Assembly (NCBI GenBank): GCA_046351595.1
Contig: JAXLYE010000002.1
Location: forward strand, 1,368,022 to 1,432,021
Reading direction: 5' to 3'
DNA from: Polyangia bacterium
GTDB taxonomy: Bacteria > Myxococcota_A > Polyangia > Palsa-1104 > JAEUJZ01
Length of the DNA stretch: 64,000 nucleotides
The position numbers and the translations under genes were made by a program. Shown here in pieces: positions 1 to 9,003 of the stretch (position 1 is its first letter; each line of letters opens with the position of its first letter). The notes beneath the pieces were generated by a model. The model ran no database searches. It saw only the letters and a list, made by a program, of their open reading frames with translations, and had not been told where the DNA came from.

Positions 1-1
1 G

Positions 2-685
2 ACCGCGACCCGGCGCTACCCCAGCCTCTACATCCACGACGGCAAGGACGCGCTGGTGCGCGGGCGCTACGACCGCACGCTCGAGCGCCTGGCGCAGACG
101 CGGCAGCTGCCCGAGGTGGTCGCGGTGCTGATCGCGCCGCCCGCCGACCCGCTCGAGCGCCTGGCCACCTTCGCGACCAACACCGACGTCACGTTCCCCG
201 AGGTCACGCCGCGCGGCGGCGCCTACGAGCGCTTCCTGACCGACACCGTGGTGCCGCTCGTCGAGCAGCTCTACCGCACCGGCGAGCCGCGAGCGCTGCT
301 CGGCATCGACCTGGCCGGGCCGCTGTCGTTCCACCTGGTCTGGAGCGATCCCAAGGCGCGCTTCACCCGCGCCGCCAGCCAGTCGGGCCGCTTCGGCTGG
401 GGCGCGGCCCCGGGCATGGGCCAGCCGTCGCCGTACCTGGAGATGATGAAGTCCGATCAGGGCGCCCGCATCAGCCGCCTGGCGCTCGACTTCAGCGACA
501 GCGATCCGGCGCAGGCCTCGGCGGCGTGGCACGACGCGGTGCAGAAGGCGCTGTCGCTGCCGAGCTACGCCGGCAAGGTCCAGGTGCTGCGCAAGTCGAC
601 CCCGTCCGAGACGCCGTGGGACTGCCTGCGCACCCGCCTGGAGAGCACGCTGCCGTTCCTGCTCGGCGATCTGAAGACGCCCTGA
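2..685 (+). CDS. Putative esterase (esterase D/enterochelin-esterase-like fold), 5'-truncated at the window edge
   Basis: The frame is open from base 2 with no upstream stop. Translation reads ...TATRRYPSLYIHDGKDALVRGRYDRT...YERFLTDTVVPLVEQ..., which is characteristic of the putative-esterase family. It ends at the TGA at 683-685. Confidence 0.55.
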   Translation, partial: TATRRYPSLYIHDGKDALVRGRYDRTLERLAQTRQLPEVVAVLIAPPADPLERLATFATNTDVTFPEVTPRGGAYERFLTDTVVPLVEQLYRTGEPRALLGIDLAGPLSFHLVWSDPKARFTRAASQSGRFGWGAAPGMGQPSPYLEMMKSDQGARISRLALDFSDSDPAQASAAWHDAVQKALSLPSYAGKVQVLRKSTPSETPWDCLRTRLESTLPFLLGDLKTP

Positions 686-821
686 AAGACGCTATGAGGC
701 GCGCGGTGCGCGGCGCAGTGCCCGTCGCGGATGCCGGCGGCGCGCGCGGACTTTTTCGCGGTCCGGGGTGTTCGTGATATATCCACGCCGGCTGGCGCGG
801 CGGCAGGAACCGCGCTGCCTT

Positions 822-895
822 GACTGCGTAGCTCAGCTGGATAGAGCAACTGTTTCCTAAACAGTAGGTCGCGCGTTCGAGTCGCGCCGCGGTCA
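822..895 (+). tRNA. tRNA-Arg (anticodon CCT)
   Basis: Manual cloverleaf fold. Acceptor stem GACTGCG/CGCGGTC has one G-U pair. D-arm is GCTC-AGCTGGATA-GAGC. Anticodon stem ACTGT/ACAGT has loop TTCCTAA, giving anticodon CCU. Variable loop is AGGTC. T-arm is GCGCG-TTCGAGT-CGCGC. Discriminator is A and CCA is not encoded. Confidence 0.8.
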
Positions 896-897
896 CC

Positions 898-3279
898 GTG
901 AGCACCCGCAACCGCCCGCTGTCCGTCCCGGTCCTTCCCGCTCCCTCCCTCCGCACAAGATCGCAGCCCGGTCGCGCCGCAGCGCGCGTCGGCCAGCGGC
1001 TCGGCCAGAGGCTCAGGCTGCCGCTCGGGCTGGCTCTCGGGCTGGGGCTGGGCCTGGCCGCCGGCTGTGACGAGTCGCCGGCGCCGCGCCAGGAGCTGCC
1101 GCCGCCGGTGCGCCCGAGCCTTGCCGCCGACGCCGCCGCGCCGCGACCGAGCCCCGAGGAGGCCGCGGCCCGCTTGCTGACCGAGCTGGAGAACGAGCTC
1201 GTGCGCAAGCACGGCGAGGCGCAGCGCGCCCGCATCAAGCGCGGCCTCAAGCAGGTCGCGGCGCTGTGGCGAAAGGGCGACGAGGGCCCGACGCCCCCGG
1301 GGCAGGACCGCGGCGACAAGGAGCGCGGCGACAAGGACCGGCCCGACAAGGGAAGGGATCCGGGCGACGGCGATCTGGCGGCGTTCGCGCGCGCGCACTT
1401 CATCTCGGATCCGGCGGTGCTCAGAGCGACGTTCCAGCGGATGGAGGGCGCGCTCGAGCAGCTCGACGGCCACCTCAACGAGATCGCGCGCGAGCTGCGC
1501 CGCCCCGCCGACACCGGCACCGGCCCGCTGCAGCCCGTCGACGAGCTGCTCGGCGGCATCGATCCCGCGGCGCACCTTGTCGACGATCTGTTCGAGAGCA
1601 AGGTCGCCTTCATCGCGCTCTTGAACTTCCCGCTGACGACGCTGGCCGAGCGGCTCGAGAGCGGCCCGTCGTGGTCGCGGCAGCAGTGGGCCGAGGCGCG
1701 GCTCAGCGGCCGGTTCGCGCGCCGCATCCCCGCGCGCGTGCAGCAGCACATCACCGCCGCCGTCGCGCAGGGCGAGCGCTACATCGCCGGCTACAACATC
1801 TGGATGCACCACCTCGTCGACGACAAGGGCGAGCGGCTGTTCGCAAAGGGCCTGCGCCTGATCAGCCACTGGAACCTGCGCGACGAGATCCGGGCCGACT
1901 ACGCCGATGCGCAGAAGGGCCTGGCCCGCCAGCGCCTGATCACGCAGGTGATGGAGCGCATCGTCTCGCAGACCATCCCGGCCGCGGTCATCGACAACCC
2001 GCGGCTCGACTGGGATCCGGTGCGCAACACCGTGACGCCGTCGCCGCCCGAGGAGATCGAGGCCGACGCGCCGCCGCCGCGCAAGGAGCCGCCGGCCCAG
2101 CTGACCGAGCGCGAGCCCGACACCCGCTACCGCCTGCTCATCGAGCAGTTCCGCGCCCACACCGAGGCCGACCCGTTCACGCCGCAGACGCCGACGCTGA
2201 TCGCCCGCAGCTTCGAGCTCGGCCGCGAGCTGCCCGAGGAGCGCGTGGTCAAGCTGCTCACCGAGGTCTGCGCCTCGCCGCTGGCCCGGCAGGTCGCGGC
2301 GCTCATCGAGAAGCGCATCGGCCGCAAGCTCGAGCCGCACGACCTCTGGTACAACGGCTTCCTGCCGCGCGGCCGCTTCCCCGAGGACAAGCTCGACGCG
2401 ATCGTGCAGAAGCGCTACCCGACCGCGGCGGCGTTCGAGGCCGACCTGCCGAGCATCCTCACCCGGCTCGGCTTCAGCAAGGACAAGGCGCGCTTCCTCG
2501 CCGAGCACGTCCGCGTCGACGCCTCGCGCGGGGCCGGGCACGCGATGCAGGCGATGCGCCGCGGCGACTTCCCGCGCCTGCGCACCCGCGTCGAGAAGAC
2601 CGGGATGAACTACAAGGGCTACAACATCGCGGTGCACGAGCTCGGGCACAACGTCGAGCAGGTGTTCTCGCTGTACGGCGTCGACCACACGCTGCTCGCG
2701 GGCGTGCCCAACAACGCCTTCACCGAGGCGCTGGCGTTCGTGTTCCAGCAGCGCGACCTCGAGCTGCTCGGCCTCGCCAAGCCCGACGCCGAGAGCCAGC
2801 GCCTGCGCACGCTGCACGACTTCTTCGTGACGTGGGAGATCGCGGGCGTGGCGCTCGTCGAGATCGGCGTGTGGCACTACCTGTACGATCACCCCGACGC
2901 GACGCCGGCGGCGCTGCGCGAGGAGACGCTGCGCCTTGCGCGCAAGACCTGGCAGGACTACTACGCGCCCGTGCTCGGCGGCGGTCCGGCCGGCAGCAGC
3001 GCCAGTAACAGCGACGGCGTGGCGCTGCTGGCGGTGTACTCGCACATGATCCAGAACACGCTGTACCTGCCGGACTACCCGCTCGGCCACCTCATCGCGT
3101 TCCAGATCGAGGAGCACCTGGGCAAGCAGCCGCCGGGCAGCCTGGGCCGCGAGTTCGAGCGCATGGCCACCGTCGGCTCGGTGACGCCGGACCAGTGGCT
3201 GATCCAGGCCACCGGCAAGCCGCTGTCGGCGGCGCCGCTGCTCACCGCGACCGAGGCGGCGCTCAAGGCGCAGCGCTAG
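898..3279 (+). CDS. Zinc metallopeptidase lipoprotein (HExxH motif)
   Basis: 793-aa ORF with a lipobox ...LGLGLAAGC near the N-terminus and an HELGH zinc-binding motif (GYNIAVHELGHNVEQ). GTG 898 is the only canonical in-frame start before the lipobox, but it lies 3 nt after the tRNA, so the start is uncertain. Confidence 0.6.
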   Translation: MSTRNRPLSVPVLPAPSLRTRSQPGRAAARVGQRLGQRLRLPLGLALGLGLGLAAGCDESPAPRQELPPPVRPSLAADAAAPRPSPEEAAARLLTELENELVRKHGEAQRARIKRGLKQVAALWRKGDEGPTPPGQDRGDKERGDKDRPDKGRDPGDGDLAAFARAHFISDPAVLRATFQRMEGALEQLDGHLNEIARELRRPADTGTGPLQPVDELLGGIDPAAHLVDDLFESKVAFIALLNFPLTTLAERLESGPSWSRQQWAEARLSGRFARRIPARVQQHITAAVAQGERYIAGYNIWMHHLVDDKGERLFAKGLRLISHWNLRDEIRADYADAQKGLARQRLITQVMERIVSQTIPAAVIDNPRLDWDPVRNTVTPSPPEEIEADAPPPRKEPPAQLTEREPDTRYRLLIEQFRAHTEADPFTPQTPTLIARSFELGRELPEERVVKLLTEVCASPLARQVAALIEKRIGRKLEPHDLWYNGFLPRGRFPEDKLDAIVQKRYPTAAAFEADLPSILTRLGFSKDKARFLAEHVRVDASRGAGHAMQAMRRGDFPRLRTRVEKTGMNYKGYNIAVHELGHNVEQVFSLYGVDHTLLAGVPNNAFTEALAFVFQQRDLELLGLAKPDAESQRLRTLHDFFVTWEIAGVALVEIGVWHYLYDHPDATPAALREETLRLARKTWQDYYAPVLGGGPAGSSASNSDGVALLAVYSHMIQNTLYLPDYPLGHLIAFQIEEHLGKQPPGSLGREFERMATVGSVTPDQWLIQATGKPLSAAPLLTATEAALKAQR

Positions 3280-3294
3280 CCGCCAGCAGGTCTT

Positions 3295-3732
3295 TTAGAC
3301 CTTCAGCGCCAGCTGCATCGGGTGCGTGCCGGCGCGGAACAGCGGGCGCTGCTCGAGCAGCCAGGCGCGGGCCTCGTCGCGGGCGCGGAAGAAGCGGGTC
3401 GGCACCTGCTTGCCGCTGATCAGCTGGATCGCGCGCAGCACCAGCTCGACGCCGATGACAAAGACCGGGCTGATGCCGCTGACCGCGGTGGCGCCGATCG
3501 CGCGGTGGCTGCGGTGGAACTCGGCGAGGAAGCGCCGGGCCTCGGGCGGCAGGCCGAGATCGGTCAGGGCGTCGACCTGGAGCAGCGCATAGCCATACCG
3601 CTCCTCGACGGCGGCGCACTCGCTGAACAGGTGCGCGAGCTCGGCGCGCGTGACCAGGCCGCTGCCCTCCCAGAGGACCAGATCGCCCTCGATGCGGTAG
3701 CGCTGCTGACCGATCCGCTGCCAGTCGCTCAT
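3295..3732 (-). CDS. Hypothetical protein (145 aa)
   Basis: Clean 145-aa ORF convergent with the peptidase gene, 15-bp gap. Not low-complexity. No recognisable motif. Confidence 0.4.
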   Translation of the reverse strand: MSDWQRIGQQRYRIEGDLVLWEGSGLVTRAELAHLFSECAAVEERYGYALLQVDALTDLGLPPEARRFLAEFHRSHRAIGATAVSGISPVFVIGVELVLRAIQLISGKQVPTRFFRARDEARAWLLEQRPLFRAGTHPMQLALKV

Positions 3733-3861
3733 GGTGCCGGCGGGTCGGCCTCGCCGCCCGCCGCCTCCAGCGTCTCATCTTGCGCCGGCGCTGGCGAGCC
3801 CCGGCGCGATCTCGTGCGCGTGCGGGGCGGTGCGGCGCCGCGGGTGTGGTAGCTTGCGCCC

Positions 3862-5163
3862 GTGTCTCTAGCCAAGGTCTTGTTGAAGAAGGGGCGCGCC
3901 AACCCGGTCTGGCGCGGTCACCCCTGGGTGTATTCGGGCGCGGTGCAGCGCACCGTCGGGCCGTGCGAACCGGGCGATCTCGTCGAGGTCCATGACGCCG
4001 AGGAGCGGCTGATCGGCCACGGCCTGTTCAACCCGCGCTCGCAGATCGCGGTGCGCATGTTGACGCTGGGGGCGCTGCCGCCGGCCGCGGACGTCGCCGA
4101 GCACGCGCTGCCGCCGGGGCTAAAGGCGCCGCCGGCCGAGGAGGCGCGGGCCCTGTCGGCGCTGATCGAGCGCCGCGTCCACGAGGCGGCGGCGCTGCGC
4201 CGGCGGCTCGGCCTGCCGAGCCCGGAGCCCGGCCGCGAGACCGACGCCTACCGCCTGGTCAACGCCGAGGGCGACGGCCTGCCCGGCGTCATCATCGATC
4301 GCTTCGGGCCGGTCGCGGCGGTGCAGTTCACGGCGCTCGGCATGAAGCGCAACGAGGCCGCGGTGTTCAGCGCGCTGCGCTCGCTGCCCGAGCCCTTCCG
4401 GCCGCAGGGCATCGTCGAGGCGCAGGGCGGCTCCTTCGCGCAGGTCGAGGGCTTCAGCGCCCAGGCCCGCGTGGTGTCGTGGAGCGGCGATGCGGCGTCG
4501 CAGGCGGCGGTGCTCGACGGCAAGGGCGGCGTGCCCTGCGTCGAGGGCGGCGTGCAGCTGTCGGTCGACGTGCGCGGCGGGCAGAAGACGGGCATGTTCC
4601 TGGACCAGCGCGACAACCGGCGGCTGCTCGGGCAGCTGTGCCGCGGCGCGCGGGTGCTCGACGTGTACTCGTACGCCGGCGGCTTCGCGCTGCAGGCGCT
4701 CAAGCACGGCGCGGCCGAGGCGACGTGCGTCGACAGCTCGGCGCGGGCGCTGCAGCTGGCGCAGGGCCACGCCGAGCGCAACCAGCTCGGGCCGCTGCAC
4801 ACCATCGAGGCCGACGCCTTCCGCTTCCTCGAGGGCGCGGCGCCGCTCGCCTACGACGTGGTGGTGGTCGACCCGCCCAAGTTCGCGCGCGCCCAGAAAG
4901 ATCTGCCGGCGGCGCTCAAGGGCTACCAGCGGCTCAACGCGCTGGCGCTCAACACCGTGGTGCCGGGCGGGCTGCTCGCGAGCTGCTCGTGCTCGCAGCT
5001 CGTCGACGAGGAGTCGTTCGAGCGCATGCTGGCGGCGGCGGCGCTGGACGCGGGCCGGCGCATCACCGTCCTTCACCGCGGCAGCCAGGGCCCGGATCAC
5101 CCGGTGCCGCCCGCCTTCCCCGAGGGCCGCTACCTGAAGTTCCTGCTGCTCGGCGTGAGCTGA
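3862..5163 (+). CDS. rlmI: 23S rRNA (cytosine1962-C5)-methyltransferase RlmI (PUA + class I SAM-dependent MTase)
   Basis: N-terminus LLKKGRANPVWRGHPWVYSGAV matches RlmI. SAM-binding region VLDVYSYAGGFAL and catalytic VVVVDPPKFAR...ASCSCS are present. Confidence 0.85.
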   Translation: MSLAKVLLKKGRANPVWRGHPWVYSGAVQRTVGPCEPGDLVEVHDAEERLIGHGLFNPRSQIAVRMLTLGALPPAADVAEHALPPGLKAPPAEEARALSALIERRVHEAAALRRRLGLPSPEPGRETDAYRLVNAEGDGLPGVIIDRFGPVAAVQFTALGMKRNEAAVFSALRSLPEPFRPQGIVEAQGGSFAQVEGFSAQARVVSWSGDAASQAAVLDGKGGVPCVEGGVQLSVDVRGGQKTGMFLDQRDNRRLLGQLCRGARVLDVYSYAGGFALQALKHGAAEATCVDSSARALQLAQGHAERNQLGPLHTIEADAFRFLEGAAPLAYDVVVVDPPKFARAQKDLPAALKGYQRLNALALNTVVPGGLLASCSCSQLVDEESFERMLAAAALDAGRRITVLHRGSQGPDHPVPPAFPEGRYLKFLLLGVS

Positions 5164-5176
5164 CGCACGGCGCCCG

Positions 5177-6526
5177 GTGCGTGTGGGGCTCGTGTCGCGC
5201 CCCGCACTTGTTCAAAATAGACGTCGTGCCGATCCGGAGGCCGGCTTGCTGATCCCCATCCTGTCGCTGGCCGCGCTGGGCATCGCGATCGCGGTGAGCA
5301 TCGTGTCGCGGCAGAACCCCGGCCTGCTGGCGCTGCTCTTCGCCTACGGGCTCGGCGTGCTCGGCGCGGGGCTGAAGGTGCGCGAGGTCAGCGCCGGCTT
5401 CCCGACGTCGCTGCTGTTGACGCTGCTCGGCCTGACGCTGCTGTTCGGGCACGCCAAGGTGAACGGCACGCTCGACCGCGTGTGCGGGCTGGTGGTGCAG
5501 CTGGCGCGCGGGCGGCCGGGCCTGTTGCCGATCGTGTTCTTCTTGCTGGCCGCGGGACTGGGCACGATCGGCGCCGGCAACATCGGCGCGGTGGCGCTCC
5601 TGTCGCCGGTGGCGATGACCGTGGCGGCCGAGGCCGGGGTGCCACCGTTCCTGATGGCGCTGATGGTCACCTGCGGCGGCAACGCGGCGGCGCTGACGCC
5701 GCTCGGGCCGACGGGCGTGATCGCGGTGGACCTGATGGGCCGCATCGGCCTCGTGGGCTACGGCTGGCAGAACTACGCGCAGTGCCTGCTGGCGCACGCG
5801 GTGGTCGGCTTCGGCGGCTACTTCCTGTTCGGCGGCCTGCGGCTCTTGCGGCAGACGCCGAGCCCCGAGCACACGGCGCGGCTGGACGCCCTGCTCGCGG
5901 CGCGGCGGCAGCCGCTGCAGGGCCGGCACGTGCTGACGCTGGCGGTGCTGCTGTCGGTGCTGCTCATCGTCTCTTTGGCGCGCGCCGACGTCGGCATCCT
6001 CGCCCTGGGCGCCGCGATCCTCTTGACGGTGCTGCGCGCCAGCGACGAGGAGGCGGCGCTGCACACGCTGCCCTGGGGCACGATCCTCCTGGTCTGCGGC
6101 ATGACGACGCTGATGGCGATCCTCGAGCGCACCGGCGGCATGGACCTGATCACGCGCGCGCTGGTGCGGCTGTCGACGCCGCGCACGGCGCCGGCGGTGA
6201 TGGGGCTGTGCACCGGCGTGCTGTCGGCCTACAGCAGCTCGTCGGGCGTGGTGCTGCCCGCGTTCCTGCCGATGGTGCCGGGGCTGATCCAGAAGCTCGG
6301 CGGCGGCGACCCGGTGGCGCTGGCCAACAGCGTCAACATCGGCGCGCACCTGGTCGATGTCTCGCCGCTGTCGACGCTGGGCGCGCTGTGCCTGTCGAAC
6401 GCCGGCGCCGGCACCGATACGCGCCGCCTGTACCGCCAGCTCTTGGCCTGGGGCCTGTCGATGGCGCTCGTCGGCGCGCTCTACTGCCACGTCGTCTTCG
6501 GCGTGCTGCACCTGGGCTCGCGCTAG
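5177..6526 (+). CDS. Polytopic membrane permease, ArsB/NhaD/CitMHS-like anion transporter superfamily
   Basis: 449-aa highly hydrophobic ORF with more than 10 predicted TM segments and Gly/Ala-rich helices typical of ion-transporter superfamily permeases. Start is approximate. Confidence 0.55.
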   Translation: MRVGLVSRPALVQNRRRADPEAGLLIPILSLAALGIAIAVSIVSRQNPGLLALLFAYGLGVLGAGLKVREVSAGFPTSLLLTLLGLTLLFGHAKVNGTLDRVCGLVVQLARGRPGLLPIVFFLLAAGLGTIGAGNIGAVALLSPVAMTVAAEAGVPPFLMALMVTCGGNAAALTPLGPTGVIAVDLMGRIGLVGYGWQNYAQCLLAHAVVGFGGYFLFGGLRLLRQTPSPEHTARLDALLAARRQPLQGRHVLTLAVLLSVLLIVSLARADVGILALGAAILLTVLRASDEEAALHTLPWGTILLVCGMTTLMAILERTGGMDLITRALVRLSTPRTAPAVMGLCTGVLSAYSSSSGVVLPAFLPMVPGLIQKLGGGDPVALANSVNIGAHLVDVSPLSTLGALCLSNAGAGTDTRRLYRQLLAWGLSMALVGALYCHVVFGVLHLGSR

Positions 6527-6535
6527 CGAGCGCGC

Positions 6536-7099
6536 CTAACCCCGGCGCAGCAGGTCGGCCATGTCGTCGGCGTGCTCCTCCTCGGCGGCGAGGATCTGCT
6601 CGAGCATGCGCCGCGTCGTCGAGTCGCGGTCGCCGAGGTACTTTACCATCTCGCGGTAGCTGTCGATGGCGACGCGCTCGGCGATCAGGTTCTCCTTGAT
6701 CATGTCCTTGAGGTCCTTGCCCTCGACGTACTCGGCGTGGCTGCGCTCGGTCAGGCCGACCGGCGAGAAGTTCGGCTCGCCGCCGAGCTGCACGATGCGC
6801 TCGGCGATGCGATCGGCGTGGTCCATCTCTTCCTGGGCGTGCTGCGCGAACTCCTCGGCGACCGGCTCGGCGTGGATGCCCGAGGCCATGAAGTAGTGCC
6901 GCTTGTAGCGCAGGACGCAGATAAGCTCGGTGGCCAGCGCGTCGTTGAGCAGCTTGATCACGGTCTCGCGGTTGGCCTGGTAGCTATCGGTGACCGCGCC
7001 CTGCTCGATATCCCGCCGCGCTCGCTCGCGCAGAATGGCCTTATCGACGTTGAACAGCTCTCCGCCCGCGGCGCTCGGCACTTTGTCATCTGCCTTCAT
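6536..7099 (-). CDS. bfr: Bacterioferritin / ferritin-like diiron protein
   Basis: 187 aa. ...ELICVLRYKRHYFMASGIHAEPVAEEFAQHAQEEMDHADRIAERI... matches the Bfr four-helix-bundle ferroxidase pattern. Confidence 0.7.
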   Translation of the reverse strand: MKADDKVPSAAGGELFNVDKAILRERARRDIEQGAVTDSYQANRETVIKLLNDALATELICVLRYKRHYFMASGIHAEPVAEEFAQHAQEEMDHADRIAERIVQLGGEPNFSPVGLTERSHAEYVEGKDLKDMIKENLIAERVAIDSYREMVKYLGDRDSTTRRMLEQILAAEEEHADDMADLLRRG

Positions 7100-7163
7100 G
7101 GCTCTGCTCCCTGTCTCTAGGTGGAAGATTTGAATACGCCTATCGGCTGACTCGCGGACCCGC

Positions 7164-7340
7164 TCAGCTCGTGACCTTCTTCGCCGTGAACAGACCGAGC
7201 ACGAGGAAGATGAGGAACAGCACCAGGGTCAGGCCGAACAGGATCTTCGAGACGCTCGCGGCGCCGTGGGCCACCCCGGTAAAGCCGAAGATGCCGGCGA
7301 TGAGAGAGATGACTGCGAAGATGATCGCCCAGCGAATCAT
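7164..7340 (-). CDS. DUF1328 (UPF0391/YqaE-like) small membrane protein, 58 aa
   Basis: Not in the ORF track because it is under 60 aa. Reverse-complement translation is [58 protein letters not shown], with two TM helices. A GGAGA RBS lies 5 nt upstream of the ATG. It is co-directional with and upstream of bfr. Confidence 0.55.
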   Translation of the reverse strand: MIRWAIIFAVISLIAGIFGFTGVAHGAASVSKILFGLTLVLFLIFLVLGLFTAKKVTS

Positions 7341-7761
7341 GACCGTCTCCTTGTGCGCTCTGCCTGGTAGCGCTTTGTTGGAAAGGAGGACACAACAGTG
7401 TCGATAAGGAGGGCCTTATCGTCCTTATCGATAAGGGGCTCCCTTGACGTCCTTATCGATAAGGGGCTCCCTTGACGTCCTTATCGATAAGGGAGCCCCT
7501 TATCGCTGTGTCGGTTCGCTCCTATTTTCGCTTACGATGACATGGCGCTTGCGCCGCGGCCGTAACTTTTTGTTCGTAAGAACGCTGAGCTCGCACGGCC
7601 GGGTAAACCCCTATGAGGCGCTACGCCAACCCGCACAGCCCGCGCATCGTATGCTTGCTGCGCAGACGGCGGTCACCGCAGCGGCCCGAGCGACGACCGA
7701 AACGCCGAGAGAAGCCAAAAAGCTAAAAGGCCAGAAAAGCCAAAAGAGAGGGAAATCGCCA
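7341..7761. promoter_or_regulatory. Divergent promoter region between the DUF1328-bfr operon (minus strand) and the HAD-deaminase gene (plus strand), containing the iterated palindromic array
   Basis: 420-bp non-coding gap. It holds the palindrome array, TTGACG -35-like hexamers and an A-rich stretch (aagccaaaaagctaaaaggccagaaaagccaaaagagaggg) just upstream of the HAD RBS. Confidence 0.45.
7423..7506. repeat. Tandem array of about three copies of a 28-bp unit CCTTATCGATAAGGGGCTCCCTTGACGT, each containing the perfect palindrome CCTTATCGATAAGG
   Basis: Direct reading. The unit occurs at 7423-7450 and 7451-7478 and partially at 7479-7506. Extra half-sites (TCGATAAGG at 7401, CCTTATCG at 7414 and 7501) flank it. 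Each unit also carries a TTGACG hexamer. Confidence 0.75.
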
Positions 7762-9003
7762 ATGGCGCTTGATGCTCTGATCTTCGACATTGATGGCACC
7801 CTGCTCGACACCAACGACCTGCACGTCGAGGCCTGGCGGCAGACGCTCGAGCAGCACGGCTACACCGTCGCCAGCGACCGCATCGAGCAGGAGATCGGCA
7901 AGGGCGGCGATAAGCTGGTGCCGTCGCTGCTCGGCCGCTCGCTCGACAAAAAGGACGGCGACCGGATGCGCAAGCTGCAGCCCGAGCGGTTCGCGGAGCT
8001 CGCGCGGTCGCGCGGCGTGCGGGCGTTCCCGGGCGCGGTCGAGCTCCTGCGCGAGGCGCGCCGGCGCGGCCTCAAGGTGGTGCTGGCGACGTCGAGCCAG
8101 AAGGCGCACGTGCGCGTGCTCGGCGAGACCTCGGGCATCGATCTCGAGCGCGAGGTCGATCACCTGGTCACCGCCGACGACGCCGCCGAGTCCAAGCCGG
8201 CGCCGGACCTGGTCGAGGCCGCGGTGCAGCGGCTCGGCCTGAGCCCGGCGCAGTGCGCGATGGTCGGCGACACGCTGTACGACATGGAGGCGGCCAAGCA
8301 CGCCGGCGTCATCGGGCTGGGCGTGCAGACCGGCTACCAGCCGCCGCGGGAGCTCCTGCGCAACGGCGCGCGCGCCGCTTGGAAGAGCACCAAGGAGCTC
8401 TACGCCGCGCTCGACGAGGTGCTGCGCATCGCCTCGCCGAGCGAGCTGCGGCCGACGCAGGCGGTCCTCGAGGCGCTGATGCGCGAGGCGCTGCGTGAGG
8501 CCGAGGCGGCGCTGGCGCAGGGCGAGATCCCGATCGGCTGCGTGCTGGCCAACGGGCGCGGCGAGATCATCGGGCGCGGCTTCAACCAGCAGACCCGCAC
8601 GCGCGAGCGCACCGCGCACGCCGAGATGGTCGTCTTCCGCAGCGTCGCCGGCCGCATGCCCGACGAGTCAGCGGGCCAAGGAAGCGACGGCCGGGATCAT
8701 ATTCTGGTGAGCACGCTGGAGCCCTGTGTAATGTGTACCGGCGCAGCCATGGAAGCAGCCATCGACACCATTCTCTATGCGCTTGAGGGGCCCGCGGACA
8801 GCGGCACCGGGCGCGTGCTGTGCCCCGAGAGCCCGGCGAGCCAGATGCCGCGCATCGTCGGCGGCGTCCTGCGTGGCGAGAGCCGCGCGCTGCTCGAGCG
8901 CTTCGTGAAGGTCGCCAAGGACCCGATGCAGAAGGCCTTCACCGAGCAGCTCTTGGAGCTGGCGCCGACGCGTGGGCCTCTGCGCAAGCGGGGGGGCTCG
9001 TGA
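7762..9003 (+). CDS. Fusion protein: HAD-superfamily hydrolase (beta-PGM-like) fused to a CDA-fold nucleoside/nucleotide deaminase (TadA-like)
   Basis: ATG 7762 with a GAGGGAA RBS. The N-terminal domain is MALDALIFDIDGTLLDTNDLHVEAW...VGDTLYDMEAAKHAG, carrying the HAD motifs DxDGT and GD. The C-terminal domain is EIPIGCVLANGRGEIIGRGFNQ...HAEMVVF...LEPCVMCTGA, the H(A)E/PCxxC zinc deaminase signature. The 106 codons upstream in the same frame are not coding-like. Confidence 0.7.
   Translation: MALDALIFDIDGTLLDTNDLHVEAWRQTLEQHGYTVASDRIEQEIGKGGDKLVPSLLGRSLDKKDGDRMRKLQPERFAELARSRGVRAFPGAVELLREARRRGLKVVLATSSQKAHVRVLGETSGIDLEREVDHLVTADDAAESKPAPDLVEAAVQRLGLSPAQCAMVGDTLYDMEAAKHAGVIGLGVQTGYQPPRELLRNGARAAWKSTKELYAALDEVLRIASPSELRPTQAVLEALMREALREAEAALAQGEIPIGCVLANGRGEIIGRGFNQQTRTRERTAHAEMVVFRSVAGRMPDESAGQGSDGRDHILVSTLEPCVMCTGAAMEAAIDTILYALEGPADSGTGRVLCPESPASQMPRIVGGVLRGESRALLERFVKVAKDPMQKAFTEQLLELAPTRGPLRKRGGS

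Noticed and set aside
565-3117. 850-aa minus-strand ORF and 580-aa plus-strand ORF (1266-3008) overlapping the metallopeptidase gene
   Set aside because: Arg/Ala/Gly-rich low-complexity translations typical of antisense or out-of-frame shadows in 72% GC DNA. The HExxH lipoprotein frame has real motifs.
7423-7506. Possibility that the 28-bp tandem repeats are a CRISPR array
   Set aside because: The units are directly abutting with no spacers, only about three copies are present, and no cas genes are nearby. It is a tandem repeat or operator array, not CRISPR.
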